DNA of 64,000 bases from positions 68,280-132,279 of the forward strand of contig NW_019217872.1 of the NCBI RefSeq assembly GCF_002571385.2, written 5' to 3'. The translations under genes and the position numbers were made by a program. The stretch comes from Stylophora pistillata (lineage: Eukaryota). Below are positions 23,101 through 35,150 of the stretch, one piece after another. Every line of letters starts with the position of its first letter. Position 1 is the stretch's first letter. The notes below the pieces were generated by a model that was given only the letters and a program-made list of their open reading frames with translations, made no database searches and had not been told where the DNA came from.

Positions 23101-26100
23101 ATATATATGGGTTATCAACCAAGCGTGAGGTTTAAAGATGGCTGGATATTGGCCGAGTTCTTTTTTTGTTTTTGCATTTTTATGGACTGAGACGAAGTCG
23201 AGGTCCATAAAAATGCGAAAAAAGAACGAGGCTAATATCCAACCATCTTGACCGAACAAGCTTGGTCAATAGAGGATTTATTAAATCGCAAAAAGATTCC
23301 GCTTTACTGAATAAGAACTAGGAATAACTTGTTTACTTTTTAATTGTGTTTGTAGCACAACAAACTCACGAGAGTCGTTTCTGTTTTCTATTGACTATCT
23401 TCTGCCGTTTTTTGCGTTTCCATCGTCGAAATTGTCCAAGAATTACGAACGTAGTTCTAATTCTATTTTTTTTTTCATGCGCGGAATTAATGCGAGCAAT
23501 TCCGAGCGGGCAAGATGGGCCCAACCAGAACACAGTAATCACTTTATTTTGCCCACGGGCGCTGCGAGCGATGTAATAAACCTCATTATTTTTTTTTGTT
23601 TAGGTATTCACCGACTTCAGTCTGTCCTCCTCAAAACTGCGCTTATATTTGGTGCCAAGCTATATACTGGTGTCACATTCGATGATGTCATCGAACCAAA
23701 CTCAGTGGAGGATGGGTGGAGGTGCAAAGTGTCCCCCGTGTCCCACCCTGTTAGTGAGTATGAATTTGACGTCCTCATTGGCGCCGATGGCAAGAAGAAC
23801 GTCATTCCTGGTTTCCAACAAATTGAAATGAGAGGTAGGTGAAGAATAAGTTCATTTTGATATTCTTTTCCATTAATTATCTAAATAACTGAATCCAAAT
23901 ATTCAATTTAGAATGGGTTTCAATTAGGGATCATTCATCCTCAAAGAACGCCATACTGCGCAAAAAGTGGCTCGAGTTCGGCTGCTTAACAAATAGTAAA
24001 CACCATAGCGTAGACTTATGGAGGCAAGCGGGAGGTTTGCTAAGCACCCAAGTAGCTAGAGTCGCTCTCTTCCGAAACATTTGCTTTCTTGAAAATATTT
24101 GCTCATGTCAGCAGCGTACACCCATGGGCAAATAGTAGACTATGAATTGACCAATCAGAGCGCGCGCTTTACGTAATAGCTGTTATAATCAATATTTTAT
24201 TGATTGAAAACCGGTCAGCATCAATTGTACACAAAAAGCGCAAGTTGAGCAAATTGTTGGACCTCCGACTTATTTATTCCTGATCCCAGTTAAAGAAATC
24301 GAACGTTACTTTTTTGAACTGACAGACGATTCTTTGTGATATAATTGATATCTGCAAAAAGGCAAGAGCTCCATAGGATATTTTTCCATGAAAGAAAAAG
24401 GAACTTGAACTGGTAACGCTCGATATATAATTGTGAATCTTACCGTTTTTTTATGTTACATTACACAGGCACGCTCGCCATCGGTATAACAGCGAACTTT
24501 GTGAATCATTACACGGAAGAAGAAGCTAACGTGGAGGAGATTAGCGGCATCGCGTATCAGTTCAATCCGCAGTTTTTTGATGAACTGTTTAAACAGAAGG
24601 GAATAAAGCTGGAGAATATTGTTTATTACAAAGATGAAACACATTATTTTGTCATGACTGCTGGCAAAGCAAGCTTACTTAAAAGAGGAGCATTAAAAGA
24701 GGTAAATGTATAGAATTGATTCATGCTGTTTTCTCCTGGTCAGTCTGTTTGTATTTCAGCCAGCATACACCCTAACTACTGGCCACACTGCTTCCGTAGG
24801 GAGATGGAGATGGAGTTGTTCTTGATATTGTGGCCAAAAAGAAAATTACTTCTTAAGCAATATCACAGGGTTTGTATCGACGAACTTCTTTCCGAGCTTA
24901 GCTATTCAACTTTCTCGAAGTTGCGTATCAACCAACCCCTAACCCCGTCCTTGGGCAGGAAACTGTAGCGGGGAAGATACTCTTTGCAATCCTTGCTTCT
25001 GTAGAAAAAATTAATTTACACCACTTAAATCGTAATGCACCTACAAAGGACCAAGCGATGATAGAGATATGAAGATGATGCCAATTTTCATTGGTTTTTA
25101 TCGATTCTGCAGGATTTTGGTCCTCCAACAAACCTTCTGGCACCAAGCAACATCGATCCCTCCAAGTTGCTAGAGTATGTAAAAGATGTGGTCAAATACG
25201 CCACAAAAGGAACCCTGAGGAACTTGGAGCTGAAAATTGTCAAAAATAATCAACCAGATATTGCTGCATTTGACTTTACTTCAATCAAAAAAGCTGAACA
25301 CGCTGCCAGGATCATTGAACGACAAGGAAGCAAGTTGCTTGTGGGCTTAGTAGGCGACAGCTTATTAGAGGTCAGTAACCAAACTCTTCTTACCGTTTCC
25401 TCTACATCCTCAATTTTTTTAGGAGAAAATAATTTTATTACGTAAAGGCAAAAAAGGTTGAAATTAATTCTAATACTGAAATATGCGTTTCATTTAGAGA
25501 TTAGTTTCACCAGTAAAGACATTCTGTATTTGAGTTGTAGTTCAATGTAACGTCTTAACTGCTGGCGGTAAATTTATTTTTATCTCACCCGGACTTTATA
25601 AAACGGCGAAATTTGAAATTATAAATCTGATCTAATTCAGTTAATAGGGTTGATCTGGAGGAGTCGCGGAGGGACAGGAAATTTAAAATCCTGCTTCTGT
25701 GTAGGCGTTGCGAATTGCGGGTAGGAATGGCGGAAAAAGAATAGAAAAAAAATGAAGCAAAATAATAATAAATAAAAAGGAAAATAATGCTGATTGGGAA
25801 AGAGCTGTAACTGTTACCAACTGCTATTACGCATAATCGAGGAGTTCTGCCTTGTGAAGAGGTTTTCAGTTTTTATGCCTGATCATGCCTGTTTTATATG
25901 TATTAAATAAACTACATATGATGCACGATCCTCGCAGTAGATAGCGCTATCTAAGCAATAGCGAAAATCAGACCTGAAAAAAATCAGGCCTGTACGGGAT
26001 TCGAACCACTGACCTCTGCGATACTAGTGCAGCGCTCTACCAATTGAGCTAACAAGCCAACTGGGAGCAGGCCGTTAAGTTGATTCGCAATAAACCCGTG

Positions 26101-29100
26101 AAAGTGATAAATGAGATACAATGAAATATATGAAGTTCATTTATTTTGTACTGCGGTATTAGATACATATGGTGCACGATCCTCGCAGTATTTTTTTCAG
26201 GTCTGATTTTCGCTATTGCTTAGATAGCGCTATCTACTGCGAGGATCGTGCATCATATGTATCTAATACCGCAGTACAAAATACATGAACTTCATATATT
26301 TCATTGTATCTTATTAAATAAACTGTGCGCAGCTGTGTAAATTTTTTGATCCTTCTTCCTTAGCCTTTTTGGCCCACTGGATCTGGCTGCGCCCGCGGTG
26401 TTTTGAGCGCGCTAGATGCGGCATGGATGATTCGTTCATTTGCACAGGACAAACCGCCACTGCAGATACTCAGTGAGCGCGAGAACATCTACCGATTACT
26501 TTCAGGGACCAGCTCGGAGAATCTCCACAAAGATCACGCGAAGTATACAATAAACCCGGCCACCCGTTATTTGCACATTACACAGAAACGAATTCGAGAA
26601 GTGTACCATTTGTTTGACACTGATGATCCAGTGAACGCCGATTTCAGTGTCGGAAGCCCTCAGATTACCGTATCAAACAAAGGTAAAGTTAGAGCTGTTG
26701 TCAGTCATTGTTATTCATGTTCGTTCATGCTCTCGTCAACACAAGGTGGTATCTTTGGCTTAGGTCGGAGACAAGCCATGGGTACTCTATTGGGCTGTGA
26801 ATTTAAGCTATTACTGTTGAACTATCCTATCAGTTTGATTAAATTCTAAGTCCTTATAGTATCAGTCCAAAGGAGAAAAAAACGCCTCCTCCTAAACCAG
26901 TCTATGCAAGCTTAAGAGTATTAACTACATTTCTTCAAAGGTCATCTACTTACGCGTCTTTGTTTTTGTTTTTTAGCTTCTCGTAGAAGAAGAATCAGTA
27001 CTGGTGCGAAGTATACTTCATCTAAAGGTCGGGCGCGAAACCGGGCAGGTACCAACTTAGATATTGCTACAACAAGAATGAGATCGACTTCGGGATCCAG
27101 TGTGGAAAACTTAGTCTCGCACAAGCCCCTGTCATCCACAGAATCAGTACCACTCGACAGCCGAGTTCGCGCTAATACGTTTGGCAGTGACGATGAAGTG
27201 TTCAAACCAAAAACAAGGCGTGTGAGGATAAACGATTTACCAAACCCTTCAACTGGACGTAGTAGAAGCTCCACTGTGGGAAGTTCAGGCGATGAACTCA
27301 AAGACACAAGGAAAAAATCGGCGAGAAAGCGTTCTATGACGAAGGACAATTCGGAAAATCAGAGAGAGAACACCCGTCGTAGAAGAGGTTTCTTTGGATT
27401 TGGAAAGAGCAGACCTAGAAGGAAAAGCGTAGGAGATTCGGATTATCAGTCTGATAAAGACAAAAAATTGCAGAAGATGAAACATGGAGAAGAGCAAGAA
27501 AGAATAGAGGGTACATTGAAAAGTGTTCGACCGAGAGAGGAAGAGAAGGCAGGATTTGTGAGGGACGATTCCTTGAAAAGTCGCCCTGCGGGATCATTCT
27601 CGAGAGAACAATACACGAGAAGGTCTGCACAAGACATAATTCGAGAAATGGAAGCTAGATCCAAAGGAGACACTGCTCCAAATGAAAATGTAAAGAATGA
27701 AAAGATTGCGGGCAAAAGATTTGACTCAAAAGGAGAAGAACTTCGCTTAAACGGTGAACTTCAGGGTGGAGGAGAGAAAGCTAGAAGGAATAAAAATGAC
27801 AACAAGGAAATGGAGGAAAAGGCAAAGTTCGAGAAAGAGGATGAGAAAAAGAAGCACAAGGAGGAAGAAAAGAGGAAAAAAGAAGAAGAACGAAAGAAAA
27901 GGGATGAGAAAAGAAAACACGAAGTAGACAAGAGGAGAAAAGAAGAAGACGAAAGGAAGAAGAAAGAGGACGAGACAAAGAAACGAGAACAAGAGAAGAA
28001 TCTACACAACAAAAAGCAGCAAACTACTCCTCAAAACAAGAAATCCATGAAGAAAAGTTTACTGGATGAGATAGCGGCGTAAGTATTTAGTCTTAACGTG
28101 TAAAGGAAGAAATTAAGATAAGCGAATGGAAAACATCTGCGCACAAACTAAAACTGATCTTGTTCCAATGCTAAATCACCAAACTTTTAGACTTTGTGGA
28201 TTTCAAGTCCCAGTTGTTGTTGTTGTTGTTGTTGTTTTATTTTAGCCGCTGTTAATTGTGATGCTCTGATATTTTGACAGGTTGTCTCCCTCAGCCAAAC
28301 GTGCCATGCCAGTCCTGTCCAAACTGAGCCCTGAAAACGACAAAGAAAACGACAAGGCGCGCCAACATAGTGTGATGTCAGTAGTGAGGGATGCCGCTAT
28401 GTTAGTCATGGCAACGCCGCTGCTGGTTGACGGAATGATACCCAAAATAGGAATGGATCGTAAAGGATCGTGGGTAAGGTGTTAATTTTTTGATTTATGA
28501 CAATTGACGTAGAGGTGCTTCTTTGCAAATATTCTCTCGCTTGGATTGTTGTTGTTTTTTTCTAATTGTTTCAATTTCATGTTTCCTGTGGATGCCTACA
28601 CAGACCTCAAAGTTTCTTAAGCAAACGTTATCCTTCACCAATTTTTTTTTACATTTGTTTTAGCTTGGGAGAAGTAGCGGTCGTGTCCGCGATGTTGTTC
28701 ATCGGTACAACACATTGAATGACATGAAACCCACCTTAGACAAGATGAATGGAAATGCAACTCCCTTGAAAAGGCCGAAAGATAGGTAGGCTGATTTAAC
28801 ACACACGAATTCACCATGTAAATGAAAATTACAATTGTATCTATGTCTGTATCAATGAAAAATTGTAATTGCCAGTATCAAATCCTAGCTATAGCTAGAT
28901 CACAGAAAAAATATGTCGCGCAGGGCTGGTCTGTTAATTTAAGGATGTTTTAACACTCTGCACTTCGCCAAGGTGACCAGGTTTGCTCGCTAATTACTGT
29001 ACTTCAGCCCACATCCCGGTTTTTAATTCAATTTAAACGAAAAAATGACCTTGGTTAGTTTGTCCTGCATGCATGTTCGATGAATTTCGCTTAAGCGCTG

Positions 29101-32100
29101 GACGGTGGAGTGAGAAAAATATTTACAGGTTTGGTATGTACATGTACTAAACTGTTATGAGAATCCTGAGTTGTTTTGCTTATTTGGTCTTTTCGCGAAT
29201 AAATTATTCCCCTAAATGTTATTATTTCGTTTCTCTTAAGTGTTGATGGTTCTGAAACGAGGCCAAGAATAATAAACGTTGACAACGTGGATGATAGAGA
29301 AAATCAGAAGACGGAAGATGCAACTGATTCAAAACTAACACCTCCCTCAGACAAGAAGAAGACTTTGCAGATAAAGAAAGATGAAAAGCTTTTAATTTCC
29401 TCTCCTTCACTGGAAAGGCTTAAATTAAAGGTAAGCATTACAGTCAGCAATTTCACTTGCATTGATAATTGTTTCATATAAACATATCTGAAGTAAGAGC
29501 GCTAATCTGTTTGATCTTTTATCGAAATTTGTTACTTTGGTGTAATATGTTCCTTCCTTTTTTTTTTTTCTTATTTGCGAGTTCGCGTGCCTATTCGGTG
29601 ACGTAATCAAAATTTTCGCAAAATCGTGTGTCTGAGAACTTAGAGACCAAAAAATCCTTTAAATTTTAACATTTTTGTATACTCTAGTTACAGGACGAAC
29701 CATCTTCCGCTGATAAAATGTGTTCTACTTCGTTATCAAACGGACATGTAACAAAGGACTTTAATTCTCCGATTTGGCAAAAAACGGTTATTGCCCAAGT
29801 TGCGGAGCATCAAGACAAGAGTAAAGAAAGCAAGAATGTGCATACCACAGGGAGAAAGGGAGAGGTCAGAGAAATCGAGAAGATAAGGCTTTATGTTGGT
29901 TTCACTCAGTGATGTATAAATCTCATCATAGTGAACACACGCGAACGCGAAGAAAGTTTTATATTATAGGGCCAGATGCTACATTTGTTGGTACTTCTTG
30001 CCACTCATTAGTGGTAGGTACGGGTCCATGCGGCTTCCCCCCCCCCCCCCCTCCCCACCGACGTAGCACAACTGTTTCACGTAAGATGCGCGGATATTTA
30101 CAGTTGTGGCCCCATTTTGAAATTCTCGGCCAAGCCCCCAGATAGCGGTTATATGTCACCAAAAAGCTAATCATCCTCACACCTAAGATAACCTAGCAAA
30201 GTGGAAAGATTGGTTTTGTTGATTTTTGTCAAAAAAAAAATGAGTCCTTGGAGATATTTTCGGACAGAGTTTGTCACTATTTTCTCCTTTTTTTTTTGTA
30301 TTTTTTGTAGGCAGGAGAGAAGCAGCCTGTTCGTACAAAACTCTCACAGCAAAAACGGCGTTCGTCCGTGTTGCCGTCTGAAGTGATGGAGGAAAAACTG
30401 GTGAATTTACTGAACAGTACAACAGCTGAGAAAGCTAGGCAGTCCATCAAATACATGATAAGTCTCTTCAGGTACGAAATTATTAAATCTTTTGCTGTAC
30501 TTGCGGCGGGAAGATAGGGTGTAGTGTCAGAATGAAGGTTACAATTCACGACAATTTACTTGTATGACAGCTACTTGACGTGAGCTTCAATAATCGTAAC
30601 GGTGGCCAGTTTACCATTTCAACTTTGTTGATTTATTCAAATTATTTCGTTAACCCCATCGACGCAGCCCCAAACAGTTTCTTTAGAAACTATCAGCCTT
30701 TATTTACTTGTATGACAGTTTCTCATCCGGGATATGAAAACATTTGAACCTTAAGCGAATTTTCAAACACAGCGCTATTCAGATAACGATACTTTACTCG
30801 TGCTTGTTGTTGTAGAGAGGTTAATATTTTGTGACGGTTTAATAAAGCCGTCGTGGAAATGACTTTCCTTACAGAGTCGTAAGGAATAGAGTTGAGGATG
30901 ATTATAAACTTTGAATGGGTATATTTTGTATTTGAGGCCTCGACGTGATTTTTTGGGTCTAACCTTATTGCTTACCCATCTTTCTTTCTTTTTCTTTTTT
31001 TCTCGAGTTCCTCAGAGTAAAATACATTAAAAAGAACCTAGGTCCAAAACAATCTCCGTCATAGCAAATGTACATCACCATGGCCAGTCCCGCCGTTCTA
31101 TATTACAAGGATCAGGAAAGAGCTGTCCCCTAGGATTTTAGTTTAATAATAATAATTTTATACATCCCACCTATGTTTTTCACGATGTATTTTCCTAGAT
31201 TGAGCTATTTCATAATTGCTGTATACATTTCTTCAGGCAAATTCAGAAAAACCCGACCGATGAAAAATACTACAGGATTTTCAAAGGGAGAGCGAGATTT
31301 AAAAAACACGTGTGGTCCATGAGGAACGCCAAGCTGTTCATGACATCAAGTGGTTGGACAGAGGTATCACTTCAACTTCACTTCGACTTTAAAAATCAGT
31401 AACAGTTTAGGTGGTTGTGTCCTATGATTACTGCCCAGAGCTCTTTACCAAGAGATTTGGCTTTTCAACCGGCTAACTTCTAACTAATTTGTCCATGTTT
31501 TTGGCCTATTGATAGATATCAGCAGGTGAAGAAGGGGCTGAGACAACCTGAGACAGGCCAATTTTTTTAGGGGAGGAAGGGGATCTGAGGGTTGAGGTGA
31601 CTTAAGGTGTAAAACCTCATTCTCGTGAACTGTTTCATACTGCGCATGTCCACTCATCCAAAGACCAGGGTTTTATATTTAAATCACATTTCTTTTCTTC
31701 TTTCAGATTGGCAGTTTCATTATATTTCCGTTATCAAAGCAAACCGAGGGACCCATGATACTGCTGAACAAGTACCTTAGGTATATACCACAAGCCTAGT
31801 TTTTCCCTTCCTCTTTTTCAGTGCTTGGCTACTCAGTTATTTGATTTTTATTTTTGTTACTATTAACTGATGCACCAGTCTCTTTCATTGAGGGAAGATT
31901 TTCGTTTTAGGACCTTTTTTTCCAAGAGATGTTCATGAATTTTGACGTCTCTAACTAGCTGATTTCGCGTAGTGCATGTGGTTGTCCTTAGACAACTTGT
32001 TGAGAGTGTGGAAGATGAAAAAGATGTCTGAGCCTAAGAATTCCTTATTATCAGGAGCAAATAAACGCGAAAAGGACCGCTTAGTAATAGTATTAGTAAT

Positions 32101-35100
32101 AGTAATCAAAGTTTAATGTCTTTACGTGGCGCATGGTTACCCATATTGCCCGAGCCAGAGGCTCATGTATGAAACGCAAGACAACAACCCACCCATCCCA
32201 CCCCAGGAGAGGACATCCATCGCACAGTAATCTCGTGCGTGGGAAATTAACGTCTCCTATCCCTCACCCTGCAGGAGACGGGACCTCCATTTATTTGCCC
32301 CTATCCAATAAGACTAGAATATCTAAGCCATTTCTTGATGTTATAGAAAGGCAGAATATTCTTCTCAATTATTTTAAGACCTTGAGTGTTGGTCCGGCCG
32401 GGGTTCGAACCCTCGACCTCCCGCACATCAGTCCAGCGCCCTATCCATTGAGCTAACCGGGAGGCGGTTAGCTAAATTTTTTCACCATAAAAAAATTGCA
32501 CCTGAAAGCTAGCAATAAGAAATGCGAGCTGCTTTATTTAGGCAACTGGTGTGATATGTTACAAAGAGCTGTATCTTAAGCCTTATTCCGAGACTTCATC
32601 AATTTAAAATTATCTGTTTGTTTGTATGTTAGTATAACAGAGGAGAAAATTAAAGAAAAGAGCAGTGTTCCCCTAAAGAAAGATGCTCCAAACCTACGTA
32701 GGGCGAACTCCTCAGATTTGGCAGAGCGAATACTGGAACTGAAAGAAGCTTTATCTTCATCTAAAACCAATTTGAGCACGAGGACAAAATCTGGTGGCAC
32801 CAATAAGAGTGGAGATTTAAAACTCTTGCAGAGAACACTATCACTGGATGAGGTAAACATTCTAAGAGTGAAAACTGGTGTGTCTAGGACTTCACTGAAG
32901 GAAGATTCAACTGATAGGAAAAGAGAATTGTCACGGAAACTGCGAAGTCGTTTGGACCAAAGTAACACGATCAAGGCAAACAAATTACGCCGCTCTGTGA
33001 GTGAAAACGCTCTTCGGGAATCAAGTGAAATTTGCGATAGCTTTGAGCCAACCTTATCACGATGCAGTAACGGAGATGAATCATCACAACAACTGCAAAT
33101 CCATTCAGACCAGGTGGGTGAAAACAAACCAAGTAATCTTCGTCGTTCTTTAAGCGAAAATACTCTTCTGGAATCGTGTGAAACTTACAATAACTCTGAG
33201 CAAACTTCATCGAGATTTACTGACAGCGATGAATTGTCACAAAAACTGCATAATCATTCGGACCAAGCGGATGAAAACAAATCAAGCAATCTTCATCGGT
33301 CTGTTAGTGAAAACACACTTCAAAAGTTACCCGAAACTAGCCATTCGGACAAAGCGGATGAAAAGAAACCAAGAAATCTCCGTCGTTCTGTGAGTGAAAA
33401 CACACTTCTAGAGTCAACTGAAACTAGCGATAGCCGCGACCCTATTTTCTCGCCATTTACGAGGCGATTCTCCAAAAGGTACGTCCAAGAACAAGAGGTT
33501 TCGTGCGATCTACTTATGGAGAATCCAATGAACTCGAATATTTCCACTGTTGGCATCACTTCAGATGAAGAGGATTTCCCCACAAGTAGTGCAGTAAACT
33601 CGCATTCGGGGCGGTTAGAGGTTCGCTCGCCACAAAAGGCCGTTCTGGATGAAGCAGACCAACTGTCCTCCGTTTTGGGAAATCTTATTGATACCTTAGG
33701 GAGCTCTACAGACAGCGAGAAAGAAACAGGCTCCGCGAAAGAGACAGAGAACAATTCTAAGAAGAAAGGAAAGGCCAAAGACGAGAACAATTCTAAGAAG
33801 AAAGGAAAGGCCAAAGACGAGAACAATTCTAAGAAGAAAGGAAAGGCCAAAGACGAGAACAAAGATGAGGAACTGGAAGCTTTATGCGAAACACTGGACA
33901 CATTAATCAATGACACAAGTAGTGACTCCTCCTCTGGGAATCACAACGAGAAGTCAAGAGAAAGGAAACCACGCAGTGAAGAAGAATGGCGTAAAACTGC
34001 TTTTAAACCTCCCCTGCCCCCAACCAAACGAAACAAGCAACAGCTGGGCAAAGGCAAAAGCATAGATACTGTTCAGAACGAATCTAACCGAAAATCGATT
34101 ACTAATGGCCGATCAGGGCGTGGACAAATTTCACAAGTGAAGAGCGTCGATATTGCGGCGCCAACGAGTAACACGAGACGAAAGGAAAGGACTTCTGGAA
34201 GTGCGGACTCGAAGGTGACGCAGAAATACACACAACAACGACAAGGAAGCTCAACACGAGCTCATTCTAAGCGGAAAAACGAAACGAGTAACAGTTTTGC
34301 TTCTCATGTGACTCATCGAAAAGAAAGCTTGTCAACTAAACGGAACTCTGATGTAATATCGTCCCAAAGAACGTCGAAACGACTTGCTATAAAAAGTAAA
34401 AGTGTTGATTTGGACAGATCAAGAACACGGTCTCCAGTGGCAAAGACGAAGAGTGTAGATCATCGAAGAAACGGAATTAAAGGCAGTAGGTCCGGACGTT
34501 TTGCAAGCAGCAAAGACGGCGACAAACCGCCACGGCAGAGCACAACCGAACAGAGTCAAATGAAGTCAAGGAATCAGGCCAAGAAAGGAAACCGTCGCGC
34601 ATCCTTACCTGAGCATTCAAAGAGCAAGACAAAAGAGGAAAATGATGAAGAGGCGTCTCAGCTTCTACATGAAAATACTACAAGAAAAGACGCTCCATCG
34701 CTTGAGGATGACTTCATTTTATGTGTGCCCATCGACGACAACAATGTCAACGATGCTGAAAGCCCGGCTTTACCCGATAAAGCATCAGGCGATTGCTTCT
34801 CAAACGATCAAGACATAACTAATTCTGGAAGAAGCAGTGAAAAGGAGCCTGGGAAGGAGAATTTTGAAGGTTACCCTAGCTGCGAATCATTCATCTTTGA
34901 AAACCGCGTTTCTGATGAAACAGATTTTTTTTCTCAAGCAAAAAGTGAGGAAATTATTGAGGTATCTAATCCTGTTCAGACCTATTCCAATGAAAATGAA
35001 GTTTTTACAAACGATGACGTCCATGGTGAGAATGGGGACGCGAACAATTTCGGAAATGACCAGAAAGAAAAGCAAACAATTGCAAGAAACGGGGAACTTC

Positions 35101-35150
35101 GTAAGCTTCTCAATTCTGGGACGGAAAAACTAACGGCAAATGGAAGCTAG
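20101..35150 (+). CDS. MICAL-family flavoprotein monooxygenase with atypical C-terminus (no CH/LIM/bMERB; PUB-like domain; long disordered regions), ~2057 aa
   Basis: Exons 20101-20569, 23604-23834, 24469-24701, 25113-25370, 26364-26682, 26977-28078, 28281-28473, 28664-28785, 29241-29430, 29688-29864, 30311-30471, 31237-31363, 31707-31780 and 32633-35150, all GT-AG and phase-consistent. MICAL motifs [55 protein letters not shown] and [18 protein letters not shown]. The MO call is very secure; joining of the 3' exons is inferred. Confidence 0.8.
23105..23580. mobile_element. Long-hairpin non-autonomous element related in grammar to 9-308
   Basis: ~85-bp-arm palindrome at 23110-23282 whose apex GAGACGAAGTCGAGG is identical to that at 60-74. 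Confidence 0.6.
25914..26311 (-). mobile_element. tRNA-cloverleaf-containing element: 251-bp terminally redundant monomer plus inverted arm, 13-bp TSD
   Basis: Direct repeat 25914-25939/26165-26190; inverted arm 26191-26311; TSD TATTAAATAAACT (25901-25913, 26312-26324). Confidence 0.85.
25987..26058 (-). tRNA. tRNA-Thr(AGT)-like cloverleaf inside a repeat element (probably not a functional tRNA)
   Basis: Acceptor GGCTTGT/ACAGGCC, D-stem GCTC/GAGC, anticodon loop CT-AGT-AT, T-loop TTCGAAT. T-stem has two mismatches. Confidence 0.55.
30571..30701 (+). mobile_element. Short Penelope-like 3' terminus insertion
   Basis: Homologous to 11895-12021. Flanked by ATTTACTTGTATGACAG (30554-30570, 30702-30718). 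Confidence 0.82.
32083..32468 (-). mobile_element. tRNA-derived SINE, near full length
   Basis: Pol III A/B box-like head at 32400-32460, shared core, (AGTAAT)n tail at 32083-32107. Confidence 0.85.
33747..33862 (+). repeat. Coding 36-bp tandem repeat x3 ([12 protein letters not shown])
   Basis: Three identical units starting at 33747, 33783 and 33819. Confidence 0.95.

Noticed and set aside
25921-25945. TCCTCGC resembling the HDV-like ribozyme L3 loop
   Set aside because: Flanks do not form P3/P1; no nested double pseudoknot could be built by eye.
27285-28012. Hydrophobic Phe/Leu/Ser-rich minus-strand ORFs
   Set aside because: Antisense shadows of the Lys/Glu-rich MICAL-like exon; the same applies to 32576-33916.
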